A stretch of 64,000 nt of DNA, from contig OX337230.1 in NCBI GenBank assembly GCA_946965045.2, positions 3,720,001 to 3,784,000 of the forward strand. Reading direction: 5' to 3'. Each line of letters begins with the position of its first letter. Position 1 is the first letter of the stretch. Under the pieces are notes generated by a model. That model was not told where the DNA came from. It searched no databases and saw only the letters and a program-made list of their open reading frames with translations. This DNA comes from Epithemia pelagica (taxonomy: Eukaryota > Protista > Bacillariophyta). The position numbers and the translations under genes are program-made. Below, in pieces: positions 23,808 to 36,190 of the stretch.

Positions 23808-24587
23808 ATGGATACTAACGAGATTATCACTCCTGTACGACAGATCTATCGAGCCAACCTGCATCCCGGGCAGCCCGATACCCTGGTGCAGCAGGAACTG
23901 GTGCCGACGCCGAAGGCAGCCAACACATCGGTCAACATCTCCGTCGACAGTTCCAACAGCAACCCATTCGAGACTCCAACCCAGCCTCACGCTCCGATCC
24001 CTGCGCCGTTGCTTCGGCCCCCGAGTCCGCCTCGTCGGCTCGTCCCTTCTCGATCCCGTCGTACCACCCGGTTGATTGCTGATCATATCAAGTACTTCCG
24101 CCAACCAACTTGTTCGACCTTCGATCCCGAGATCATCCGTGGGGAGACCCAGATCGAACGCCAGTTCCAATCGGTGACCCACATCGTCGACCAAGAAGAC
24201 ATTGACCGTCTGAACGACCAACTTCATCGTTCTCCGAGGCGTCGCCTCATCTTTGCCGCCCTCTCGGGCAACCCCATCCGTACTGTCCATCTCCGCTTCC
24301 TAACCTTCGAGCGCCCAACTGGATACTACAATACCATCCACGTCGTGAACGCGACGACTTGCCCTCTGCCTCCTAACGTTGTACGCCTAGATAACTACGT
24401 TGCCTACATCCACGAGGTCCATACCATCGAGGACCATCGTGCAACTATCTACCCTTTGCGTACCGAGGTCGAGAACCACCTGGCTGAAGGTGATACCCCT
24501 TCTTCTGTTGCTTGTGCTGCCCCATCTGAGCCTGGAAGCGACTCTGATCATTCGGAAGAGGGTGAGGATTCGGAGACCGAAACTTAA
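23808..24587 (+). CDS. Accessory upstream ORF (259 aa, unknown function) of the copia element
   Basis: Intact ATG-to-TAA ORF between the PBS and gag-pol: Pro-rich N-part, globular-looking middle, acidic tail, no hydrophobic TM run. Confidence 0.75.
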   Translation: MDTNEIITPVRQIYRANLHPGQPDTLVQQELVPTPKAANTSVNISVDSSNSNPFETPTQPHAPIPAPLLRPPSPPRRLVPSRSRRTTRLIADHIKYFRQPTCSTFDPEIIRGETQIERQFQSVTHIVDQEDIDRLNDQLHRSPRRRLIFAALSGNPIRTVHLRFLTFERPTGYYNTIHVVNATTCPLPPNVVRLDNYVAYIHEVHTIEDHRATIYPLRTEVENHLAEGDTPSSVACAAPSEPGSDSDHSEEGEDSETET

Positions 24588-24907
24588 TTACTCATAGTTA
24601 ACTCCCGTCCTCTCAAAACCTTTCCAAGACTTAAACTAAACGCACATCCGGGTACCCTTGGTCGCACAACACGCCACACATTCCCGTCAAATCGCGAAAA
24701 TTCGGCGAAAATTTGTTGAAACTCGGCGAAAATTTGTCGAAATCAACGGAAATTTCCAGGAGTCGCACATCACAACACACATCCGGGTATCACATACGTG
24801 GTACATACGTGGCACACGTGGTACATCCGGGTTCACATCACATCACACATTAAATAAACCACATCACACCGCACATTAAATAAACATCGAACCAACCAAA
24901 TAACACC

Positions 24908-27900
24908 ATGGATCCTCAATCACCCAAGACACCTACGACTCCTAAGGGAGAAGATAACCAAGACAATGTCTCGGACACAGACCTATTCGACCACATCATA
25001 TTTACTGTCTGCCAATTCTTCACCAAAGAAAGGGCCGACTACTTAATGAAGTGGATGAAATACCATGGTTTTGAGAACAGGATGAAATACCATGGTTTTG
25101 AGAACATTACCCATGTTATCTCGTATATGCAAACTAATACCGAGGAATCCATGAAGGAACTGACACAATACAAGGTCAACAAACAGACACATGATCTACA
25201 AGGCCCCACAAGACAGCAGATCAAGCTCTTGGCTTATTGGGCCACATACAAGACCAATGAAATTCAAGACGAGCTATCCAATAGCGACTGGATGAACCTA
25301 ACGAGGAAAGAGTTCAACACTTGGAGGATCAACACAGATTTCTCTAAGGGACCACCTAGCCAAGTCCCAGTCTCGCCAATGAAGTCACCGTCATCTGTGA
25401 AATCTGTCAGCACAGTTACTGCCGCATCCCAATCTCAACAAGACCTTACAGCATTCAGAAAGGTAACTAAGCGCGACGCAACTGCATATGAGGTATTCAA
25501 GGATGAACGATACTACGATTCATTCTGGCGTGTATTCAAGACTACAGCTAAGGCTCAAGGCCTATCCAACGTTCTGAATTTCAAATACACACCACCCCAT
25601 GATGATGAGTATGCCGAAGAACTTTTTCAAGAGCAACAAGTATTTCTTTACTCCGTTCTTGTCCGTATCATTCAGACTGACCAAGGTCGAGCCTATGTAC
25701 GTGAACATGAACATGATGAAGATGCGCGTGCTGTATTGCAGAAGTTACACTCTTTGCATACCGAATCCGACCTAGCAAAGCGAGAAGTCCTCCATTTAAC
25801 CAACTACATTTCCAACCTACGTCTTGACGACACATGGCGCGGAACAACACGTCAATTTCTTCTACACTTTCAAGAGCAGCTACGTTTGCTAGACAATCTA
25901 GTGACATTGTCTGATCGCATCCCTGATCATACCAGGATGACCTTCCTCATGCAAGCTGTAGAAAAGGTACCTGATCTCCGCCGAGTCAAGATCTTGGATA
26001 ATGTGGTGAACACCAAATCCGGTGCAAAATCCCTTTGCTATCAATCATACTTCCGTCTCCTTCTAGACGCAGCTTATGACCATGATCAAGCAACCCAGTC
26101 ATCTGTTCATAGTCGCCGTCGACATGTCAAACAACATGAATCACTATATGGCCAAGATATAGATGCTGACATAACCTCACAAGATGATATGGAGTATCAT
26201 GTCCACAACACCAAAGCGACATCTGAATCTCCATCCTCTTCGTCCAAGGTTAGTCTACCGAGTGACCTATGGTTCAAACTTTCTGAAGAAGATCGCAAGT
26301 TGATCATTGAGTATAACAAGATGATTCAAGCACCTTCATCAACAACACCGAGGACAGTGCAAACACATGCCCTCGACATTGATCCGGAACCTGATCCTGA
26401 CCCTAACCAAGTTGCATCTGATGACGACTCACCTGGCGTAGTCCCTGAGCATTCAGATGATTCAGATCCGGTTACACAATTCATCAACCAAGCCATGACG
26501 ACTGATATCAATCACCCGGCAACTGACCTGACTAGTGTTCTTTCTAACGCCAAGTCCAAGACGAGCAAGAAGGTTACTTTCAAAGCCAACATGCATAAAC
26601 AAGCAGGACATGTTCCACGCTATCTGTTTTCCAGGAAATCTACTTTACCAGGGAATCAATTGATTGACCGTGGTGCTAATGGAGGACTTGCTGGTTCTGA
26701 CATGCGCATCCTTTCTAAGACTGGCCGCCATATCACTATTGTGGGTATTGATAACCATGAACTTACTGGACTTCCTGTCGTCACATGTGCCGCAAAGTTT
26801 GAGACCAATGACGGACCTATTGTCGGCATCTTCAATGAATATGCTTATTATGGGAAGGGCTTATCTATCCATGCTCCTGGTCAATTCGAGCATTTCGGAC
26901 TTGCTGTTGATGAACGATCTGTTAAAGTTGATGGTAAACAACGCATCACTACACTTGATGGTCGTGCCATACCCCTTCACATCAAGGATGGGTTAGCCTA
27001 CATCCACTCCTTGGGTATCCCCAGCGACGATGACATGGATACCTTACCTCAGATCATTTTCACGTCACCCGACACATGGGGTCCTGGTGTTCTGGACCAT
27101 TCGTATTCTCCCACACCCTCTGACAATGATCCTGATTGGAAACACGTCAAGACTGATGGTAGTATGTCGAACCATCCATATGACAACTATGGGGAGTACA
27201 CTGATCGTGTTGTTTGTAACCTCAATCTCCTTTTGGATCTCCCATACGATCATGGACCTGACGACGCACCCTTCTTTTCTATCTATGCTGACGCAGAAGG
27301 TAATGATCCTACACTTCATGCCTCTGTCCACCGTCGTTACCAGGACGCGTATGACTGGAAGAAGTTCCGTCCATTCTTTGGTTGGCAATCTGAAGATGTT
27401 ATTGCCGATACGTTCAAGCACACTACACGTAATGGTAGCATTACTTTTGACCACGACACCCTCAAGAAACATTTCAAGGCTCGCAATCCGGTCCTTAATA
27501 TACCTCGACGCCATGAACCCGTTGCTACTGACTCGGTTTTCTCCGACACCCCTGCTGTTGACCATGGCGGTAAAGTCGCACAAATCTTTGTTGGTCGAGA
27601 TACTCTGGTTACTGATATCTATGGGATCAAGTCAACCAAACAGTTTGTCAATACTCTTCAGGACAACATCCGGTTTCGTGGTGCCATGGAGACTCTTATC
27701 AGTGATGGTGGTTCATCTCTCATCTCTCAAAAGGTTAAAGACATTCTTCGCACTTTGCTTATTGGGGAGTATCGATCCGAACCTTATCATCAACACCAGA
27801 ATAAGGCTGAAAACCGTTACCAGACCGTTAAACGTATGACCAACGCTCTCATGAATGCCACTGGTTGCCCTGCCAACACCTGGCTTCTTTGCCTTGAGTA

Positions 27901-30622
27901 TGTCTGTGACTTATTGAACCATACGTCATCACCCACCCACTCCGGTCGCACTCCTCTTGAGGCTCTCTCCGGACGCCCACCCGACATTACTCATCTCTTG
28001 TTCTTTCCTTTCTGGGATGAGGTTTACTACCGTGTCGACCCCGCTGAACCCAATTCCGGTTCATATCCATCTTCTTCTGATGAGAAACTTGGCCACTGGG
28101 TTGGTTTTGCTCACAACGTTGGTGATTCTTTTACTTGGAAGATTCTCACCCAGGATAACCAGATAATCTACCGTTCTGCCGTTCGCCGTGTTGAATCCAC
28201 TACACCTAACCTACGTGTGGATCGACCTTCAGGGGAGGATTCGTCTGAGAAGGATGACAATGATAAGCAAGCTGACACTGTCTTCATTCGCAGTGATAGT
28301 GAAGATCCATCCAAACCAATGCCCACGATCGATTTTGACGACATGATAGGACGCACATTCCTATGCGACACAGAAGAAAATGGGGAGCGACACCGTGCAC
28401 GTGTCATCAAACGAGTCATTGATCTTAATGAAGAAGCAACGAAACAGGAAGAACGTGTCAAGTACATCTACCGAAAGACAAATTCTGATGTTGATGAGAT
28501 GATATCCTATAATCAACTCATGGAGTATATCGAACGAGATAACCAAGCTCAAACCTCTGGAGATAATCTTTTCAGGTTCAGGGACGTCATTGCCCATCAA
28601 GGCCCACTGAACACAACTGATCCAGATTACAAGGGGAGCAAATATAATTTGCTTGTTGATTGGGAAACTGGGGAGACTACCTATGAACCTTTATCACTCA
28701 TCGCCAATGATGATCCGATCACTGTAGCAATTTATGGAAAGAAACATGATTTACTCAACGAACCTGGATGGAAGCATTTGAAACGTTATGTCAAAACAAG
28801 CAAACGTCTCATTCGAGCAGCCAAACAGTCAAGGATTAAACAAGTTCACCATTCCGTCAAGTATAAGTTTGGATTCCAAGTACCACGCAATTATGAGGAA
28901 GCTGTCGCTCTTGATAAACAACATGGCAACACAAAGTGGCAAGATGCAACAGAATTAGAATTTTCACAGATCCAGTCCTACAAGACATTCAAGGATTTTG
29001 GGAAAGCCATCTTCATTAAAGGGAAAGTATCCAATGCACCTGAAGGATATCATAAGATACGTGTACATCTTGTCTTTGACGTAAAACATGATGGACGACA
29101 TAAAGCAAGACTTGTCGCAGATGGACATCTCACAAAAGAACCTGTTGAGACAATCTATTCAGGTGTTGTTTCCATTCGCAACCTCCGCATTGCCTTATTC
29201 CTGGGTACTTTGAATGACTTGGAAATATGGGGAGCAGATATTGGAAACGCATATCTGGAAGCCTTGACAGGGGAGAAAATTTTCATTGTCGCAGGACCTG
29301 AATTCAAGGAATTAGAAGGTCACATCCTGATTATATACAAGGCACTTTATGGATTGAAGTCATCAGGCGCACGCTGGCATGATGTCTTATTCGATGTTTT
29401 GACAGACATGGGATTTTCACCAAGCAAAGCAGATCCGGATATCTGGATGAGGAAGGCACCTGGAGAAGACTGTTACGAATACATTGCTGTATACGTTGAT
29501 GACTTAGCCATTATTTCTACTGATCCTGGGAATATCTGCAAGATCCTGAAGGAGAAATACAACTTCAAACTCAAAGGAGATGGACCTATTGATTTTCACT
29601 TGGGATGTTGTTACACCAAGGATTCTGATGGAACATTAGTAGCAGATCCAAGACGCTACATTGGTAAGATGATGGACACTTTCGAACGAATCTTCAAGGA
29701 GAAACCCAAGAAAGCCAAAACACCTCTTATTGGTGGAGACCATCCTGAATTGGATGATTCTGAGCTCCTTGATGAAGAAGGTACTAACCATTTCCAAACT
29801 CTGATTGGACAACTCCAATGGGTGATCACTATTGGTCGTTTCGACGTCTTCACCGCTACAATGACGCTATCACGCTTTCGGGCTGCTCCGAGGAAAGGAC
29901 ATCTTGATAGAGCCAAGCGTATCTATGGATACCTTGCACATCTCCCAGAAGGCGCAATCAGATTTAGGATTGGAGAGCCTGATTATTCAAGTCTTCCTAC
30001 CCAAGAATTTGATTGGACTCGCACTGTCTATTCGAATGCAAGTGAACGTATTCCTGAAGACTGCCCAACACCTCTTGGCCGCTATGTTACCACAACTCAT
30101 TATGTTGATGCCAATCTCATGCATGACATAGTCACTGGTAAATCCGTCACTGCTGTTCTACATTTGTTGAACGGAACACCTATTGACTGGTACAGCAAGA
30201 GACAGAGCACGGTGGAAACTGCTACCTATGGATCCGAGTTTGTGGCTGCAAGGACAGCAATAGATCAGATTACAGAATTACGACATTCTCTCCGCTACCT
30301 TGGAGTACCTATCCGAGAGCGAAGTTACATGTACGGAGATAACAGATCTGTTGTGCTCAATGCAACCGTTCCTCATCCCATATTATCCAAGAGACACCAT
30401 CTTCTGTCATACCACCGAGTTCGTGAAGCCATCGCAGCAAAGTATGTTGCATTCTACTGGAAAGATGGAAAGACCAACCCTGCCGATATCCTTAGCAAAC
30501 ATTGGGATTTCGTATCTATTTGGCCCATGCTCAAGCCATTGTTGTTTTGGAAAGGAGAAGTTCAAGACCTCAACAAATCCAATGATGACAAGGCTGAAAC
30601 GACGAGTTGTGGGGAGTGTTAG
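24908..30622 (+). CDS. Copia gag-pol polyprotein, copy 2 (1904 aa)
   Basis: Same domains as copy 1, plus a 27-bp in-frame duplication at 25053-25106 and two amino-acid differences seen (C/R, S/P). Confidence 0.97.
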   Translation: MDPQSPKTPTTPKGEDNQDNVSDTDLFDHIIFTVCQFFTKERADYLMKWMKYHGFENRMKYHGFENITHVISYMQTNTEESMKELTQYKVNKQTHDLQGPTRQQIKLLAYWATYKTNEIQDELSNSDWMNLTRKEFNTWRINTDFSKGPPSQVPVSPMKSPSSVKSVSTVTAASQSQQDLTAFRKVTKRDATAYEVFKDERYYDSFWRVFKTTAKAQGLSNVLNFKYTPPHDDEYAEELFQEQQVFLYSVLVRIIQTDQGRAYVREHEHDEDARAVLQKLHSLHTESDLAKREVLHLTNYISNLRLDDTWRGTTRQFLLHFQEQLRLLDNLVTLSDRIPDHTRMTFLMQAVEKVPDLRRVKILDNVVNTKSGAKSLCYQSYFRLLLDAAYDHDQATQSSVHSRRRHVKQHESLYGQDIDADITSQDDMEYHVHNTKATSESPSSSSKVSLPSDLWFKLSEEDRKLIIEYNKMIQAPSSTTPRTVQTHALDIDPEPDPDPNQVASDDDSPGVVPEHSDDSDPVTQFINQAMTTDINHPATDLTSVLSNAKSKTSKKVTFKANMHKQAGHVPRYLFSRKSTLPGNQLIDRGANGGLAGSDMRILSKTGRHITIVGIDNHELTGLPVVTCAAKFETNDGPIVGIFNEYAYYGKGLSIHAPGQFEHFGLAVDERSVKVDGKQRITTLDGRAIPLHIKDGLAYIHSLGIPSDDDMDTLPQIIFTSPDTWGPGVLDHSYSPTPSDNDPDWKHVKTDGSMSNHPYDNYGEYTDRVVCNLNLLLDLPYDHGPDDAPFFSIYADAEGNDPTLHASVHRRYQDAYDWKKFRPFFGWQSEDVIADTFKHTTRNGSITFDHDTLKKHFKARNPVLNIPRRHEPVATDSVFSDTPAVDHGGKVAQIFVGRDTLVTDIYGIKSTKQFVNTLQDNIRFRGAMETLISDGGSSLISQKVKDILRTLLIGEYRSEPYHQHQNKAENRYQTVKRMTNALMNATGCPANTWLLCLEYVCDLLNHTSSPTHSGRTPLEALSGRPPDITHLLFFPFWDEVYYRVDPAEPNSGSYPSSSDEKLGHWVGFAHNVGDSFTWKILTQDNQIIYRSAVRRVESTTPNLRVDRPSGEDSSEKDDNDKQADTVFIRSDSEDPSKPMPTIDFDDMIGRTFLCDTEENGERHRARVIKRVIDLNEEATKQEERVKYIYRKTNSDVDEMISYNQLMEYIERDNQAQTSGDNLFRFRDVIAHQGPLNTTDPDYKGSKYNLLVDWETGETTYEPLSLIANDDPITVAIYGKKHDLLNEPGWKHLKRYVKTSKRLIRAAKQSRIKQVHHSVKYKFGFQVPRNYEEAVALDKQHGNTKWQDATELEFSQIQSYKTFKDFGKAIFIKGKVSNAPEGYHKIRVHLVFDVKHDGRHKARLVADGHLTKEPVETIYSGVVSIRNLRIALFLGTLNDLEIWGADIGNAYLEALTGEKIFIVAGPEFKELEGHILIIYKALYGLKSSGARWHDVLFDVLTDMGFSPSKADPDIWMRKAPGEDCYEYIAVYVDDLAIISTDPGNICKILKEKYNFKLKGDGPIDFHLGCCYTKDSDGTLVADPRRYIGKMMDTFERIFKEKPKKAKTPLIGGDHPELDDSELLDEEGTNHFQTLIGQLQWVITIGRFDVFTATMTLSRFRAAPRKGHLDRAKRIYGYLAHLPEGAIRFRIGEPDYSSLPTQEFDWTRTVYSNASERIPEDCPTPLGRYVTTTHYVDANLMHDIVTGKSVTAVLHLLNGTPIDWYSKRQSTVETATYGSEFVAARTAIDQITELRHSLRYLGVPIRERSYMYGDNRSVVLNATVPHPILSKRHHLLSYHRVREAIAAKYVAFYWKDGKTNPADILSKHWDFVSIWPMLKPLLFWKGEVQDLNKSNDDKAETTSCGEC

Positions 30623-31375
30623 AATTCTCACCGTCTATGGTGGTTAGATTCTACATCTCATCGATTCCCCATGTCACATAGCCTCGTGCTATCGCATCAT
30701 GCCATCTAGCTTCGAGCTATGTTCCCTAGCTTCGCGCTATATCGACCTATATTTCTTCGCAAATCATGAAAAGTGAGAATAGATTGACGAACTCACTCTC
30801 AAGACTAAACTGGGTCGTGCGGTATTACAACGGACATAAATTTGGCCGTTGCTCGGACATTATACTAACGCCCTAAGCGTACGCGCCCGAAATCATCGAG
30901 CGCGCTCAAGCGACATCCGAGCGCTATCGGCATCTATCCGATCCAACGGTCTAAGTATCCCAAGCACGACACACGATCACGCGAGACCATATTTCCATTC
31001 CCACAATCTCCAAATTGTCAACAAGCTGCGCGCCATGAAAACAACTATGCCAACCCAAAGCAAGAGCTGTTGACCCTGTATATGTTATCCGCCCACATAT
31101 ACACTCCAACTATTCCAAACCTGTTGCCGCCAAGAACCTATGACACATGACCCTTGGCAGGACCGAACATTTCACGTAGACCTATCGTAGTAATCAACAC
31201 ACAATCTAACAATATCACCATTTATCACATCTTCTTTTGTGTCCCGACTATCCTTCTGATAGACTTCGACTTGCTTGCTTCTCTGACCCTGAGAAGCTTG
31301 TATCGGTTGGTGACCTACCTGATTGTCTGCTCTACCGAGCATCAATGTCCCTACGATTCAGAAAGAATTGTAACA
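30617..31375 (+). repeat. LTR3 (759 bp)
   Basis: Lacks the 24-bp ATGTCATATACATCACATGAATCG present in LTR1 and LTR2; A>C at 31319; followed by the TSD TCCAG. Confidence 0.97.
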
Positions 31376-31380
31376 TCCAG

Positions 31381-31652
31381 GGCTACAGGCCTCTCTCCTA
31401 GAGCATGTTCAGGTCGCCGGTGGAGGCGGCGGAGTCGTTGGCAATGCTCTCATTGCTCCGAATGATATGCCACAGTACAGCAATGTGAAAACACAATTTG
31501 GTTTTTTGGGAGTGGAGCCGTTTTTTGTCCAACACGCCCAGTGCCCCATTGGTCGACATTACGTTCTCGCGGACCAAGGCAATCCCTCCACGGCTGTCGC
31601 AGATCCAATTCCCGCTCCACCGGCTGGGTTGGGAGTGCCCTTGTTTTCCTAA
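31381..31652 (+). pseudogene. 3' part of the host ORF disrupted by the copia dimer
   Basis: Reads G-LQASLLEHVQVAGGGGGVVGNALIAPND-MPQYSNV...GVPLFS* in the frame continuing from 15387. Confidence 0.6.
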
Positions 31653-32188
31653 TGAGAGAGAGAGAGATGATGATGAGATGAGACCACAGAGCCTTGTGTG
31701 TATGGCCTGCAGTAGTTTGCGATACAAGATGTGTGCTCCTATTATTATAGCAGCATGTCCTCCTAGAGAGACTCTCTGCGGATGAGGATGCCAATCTAGA
31801 ATAGTAGCGGCAGGATGGCTCCAAAGAATACCATAGAAGAACCAGTTTTCTCATATTGGGTCATCTCCTCAAGAGTGCCACTCTTTGTTTTCTCCAAAAG
31901 ATGGGCAAAAGAGATTCCCCGCCTCTTCTTTGTACCGAGGCTGGGCTGTTGGTGCAACCTGTTGGTGCACACTAATGTTTTGTTGTGTCGTAATCAGGAT
32001 CCAAATCTCCCTTCTCCTCACGCTATATTGGTGAAACCTTGGACGAACAGGATTCTACAGTCCAACCCGCAGTCTGGTGTTCCAAAACCCGTCACTTGCT
32101 GCGACGACGAGGCATGCCGGTTCCCCCACAATATAGGATTATGTCCCATACTACAGGAAGGGAGGAGCCACAAATCGTGTGATTGTCC

Positions 32189-33620
<1,432 letters not shown>

Positions 33621-33749
33621 GGACGCCAGTGTGGCGTCACTGTCGGATGCCGTCGTCGTCATATGGTCCAGGAATCCAACCGTTTCATGTGTCAGCGGGA
33701 GACAACCACCCCACAAACTCTTTGTCTTATTGGTCGTTGCCGTATACGA

Positions 33750-34530
33750 TTCGAGTCAATTCCCGCAAGTGTTGGGGACTACTGCATTCGAGTGCGACGG
33801 CACATTACTGTGGAAGGTTCCACAAGAGTACCACTTGCGCCGGCGACACTGGATTGTCATTGTTGTTGCTACTGCCATGCCGGGCCGCCAGGTCGACAAA
33901 ATGACGGGATGAGCCAGCAATTCGTCGCGGCCAAGGGTGAAGTAGCTTGCAAAACAATATTGTGATGGGCACACACACATCCATCCAGACCCATTTATTG
34001 CGGTAAGAGGGGATGCCGTTCGACTGGATTCACGACGGGCCGTATCGTAAACGACGCCGTCAAGGCCGCGCCATTGAAATTGCACACTCCCAAGGCTCAA
34101 CATTTGCCGTGCTGGTCACAAGCCTCCATGGCCTTCCAGACCGCGGACAAGGTACCCGTCGCCATGACGTCGCAAGGCCAGTGCAACAACAAGGAGATGG
34201 ACCGATGATCGTTGCAATTTCGTCAAGGTAGCGTCCAGTTCTACGGCCACTTGTTCGGGTTGAGGGATTGGTTGGTGGTGGTGGTGGTTGGGTCGACTCC
34301 TTGTTGTTGTTGTTGCCTGGTTGCGATTCTGGTTCGTCTGGTGGAATGGAGAATGTTGTAGTATATTGAGACTTGGTGCTGGTGCTCGATTTGGCGTCTT
34401 GTTGTTGCTGTGGTGGTTGCTTTGGGTTTGGTGGTTTCTTGGATTGAAAAAACGACGTCAAAGTGGCTTGTTGTTGTTGTTGTTTTCGCTTGCTATGATT
34501 GCCATTCGTGATGCGGGGTCGTTTCGTCAC
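33750..34530 (-). pseudogene. Aldo-keto reductase remnant with PIP-box-like N-terminal segment
   Basis: Across frames: ELDATLTKLQ, LLLHWP, VWKAMEAC..GKC*ALGVCNF, PVVNPVERHPLLPQ*, HNIVLQA, SPAQVVLLWNL, CSSPQHLRE. These are AKR motifs in order, with stops and frameshifts. The N-terminal catalytic half is absent. Confidence 0.8.
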
Positions 34531-34594
34531 AGGTTCACCATCATCATCATCATTTGCAGTTTGTCGCTTTGTGTGTTCCTCGTCGTTGTCCTGG

Positions 34595-34625
<31 letters not shown>

Positions 34626-35226
34626 GGTGTTGTTGTTCGGAGATGGCATCCTGTCCGGATTGTTCTGGTGGGACGACGACATGATGATGATGACAGAACG
34701 AAACTGTCGGCGATTCCCCGGGTCCTTGTCTTGTTGTTGTTGATTCGTACTACACCACACTTGTTCATTCCTTCTTCTTCTTCTTTGCAAGGGGGGCCGT
34801 CGGGTTGTTGTTGTTGTTGTTGTTGTTGCGGTGCCACACAAAAGCAACGGCACCACCACTACAAAAGAAAAACAACAACAACACCAAGAGTGGTTCCACG
34901 TCAACCACAGCCAACAAAGGAGGACGAACTTTTGTTTGTGTCAAGCAAAGTGATGCCACAGAATGTCTATAATATGTTACTCCTATAATATAATAGATCG
35001 ATAGATTGCCAACGATCACGTATACTCTCTCACACATGCGCAGATTCTTCTCTCGCTTTGGAACAGCAAGCACGCATTTAATCCGCGACCCATTTCGGTC
35101 GCAGTTACTCTGTGGTGACGATGATCTTTTATTTGCTCGTCGTCGCTCACGCAAGTTTGCGATTATCATTATCCCATACCTTTCATCCTTTGTTGTGTCA
35201 TCTAATCATGTCTCTCCTTTACCAAG

Positions 35227-35870
35227 GTGATTTCGCACGGCCGCATTAGCCAACGGGCGCTCCCACAATTGTCGCCGGGTGTAGAGACGACGTTTGCTCG
35301 TCGTGTTGGCCTATGGCGGTGCAAATCCACAGCAATCGCCGAAGAAGACGATAAACTATCCGAGCTTTCAAGCCACGTATCGAATTTGTATTTGTTATTC
35401 GATACCAAATTTGATAAGATGAATGCAGACATTGACTTAAGGGCTGCCGCTGGAGGGGGGAGGGGTTATGACATCCCTTTTTGGGGCGGCTGTCATTTGC
35501 CTGCAGAAGCAGGAACGACGACTCTGATTACCCTTTTCATCTTCAAGAAGAAGGATGGATTGGTTCCTTCAAAATGTCGAGGACGCACCAAGATGGTTAT
35601 CACTACACAAATATCTGGAGGATGCGTCCAAGTCACGGCGGATATTCGGTGAGGTGCCTGATCGGAAGGAGATTGTCCGGAGCCGTAGCGTCAAGGCGTT
35701 TCTCAAAAGTGCCTTCCACGAGTTCCCTGGTCAAACAACTGTTTGTTACGGAGTCTCCGGATGCGGAAAAACTACATCCGCAATGTATTTATTACGTGGA
35801 GACTAATCCATCGACCCGACCGTGCCTTCATGATTGAGGCAGAAGGAGCTCTGATTTTCTCACTTTCTGA
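35227..35870 (+). pseudogene. Fragmented P-loop NTPase gene
   Basis: Walker A GVSGCGKT in ORF 35555-35806. Flanking pieces lie in other frames, with a stop right after LLRGD. Confidence 0.6.
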
Positions 35871-36190
35871 GTTTGGTACTTTCCGTTTAGTGAATGCACT
35901 CCTCCTTGTACCGTGGTAGCCGCGATGGATCCGGTCTGGTTGGTGGTATTAGCGGGGGAGAGGACTTTTGAAGAACCAACCGCGGTGGATAAGTACCATG
36001 TGTGAAAACCACATAAGGGGAAACACAAGAAGGTCCAGACTGCCGTATGGGTACCACTGTTTCCACTCCAAATGCCGTGAGGAGGGATTCCGGCTTCCAC
36101 CAATCACAGCAATTGGATGAACCACATGGTATCCTCTGTATGGTGGTCTGGAAGGATCTATCATCCTTCCTCGAAACCTCGAAACCTCGT
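35455..36190 (+). repeat. Dispersed repeat family, copy 2
   Basis: Long blocks (ATCCCTTTTTGGGGCGGCTG..., GAGGACTTTTGAAGAACCAACCGCGGTGGATAAGTACCATGTGTG...) match the reverse complement of ~58790-58230. Confidence 0.85.

Larger units (their letters stand above)
15388..31375 (+). mobile_element. Tandem dimer of a Ty1/copia (CoDi-type) LTR retrotransposon: LTR-int-LTR-int-LTR
   Basis: Three LTRs with TGTTA...TAACA termini, two nearly identical internal regions, and a single 5-bp TSD TCCAG at 15383-15387 and 31376-31380. Domain order is PR-INT-RT-RH. Confidence 0.97.

Noticed and set aside
23808-24587. env-like gene
   Set aside because: It lies upstream rather than downstream of pol, and has no signal peptide or transmembrane segment.
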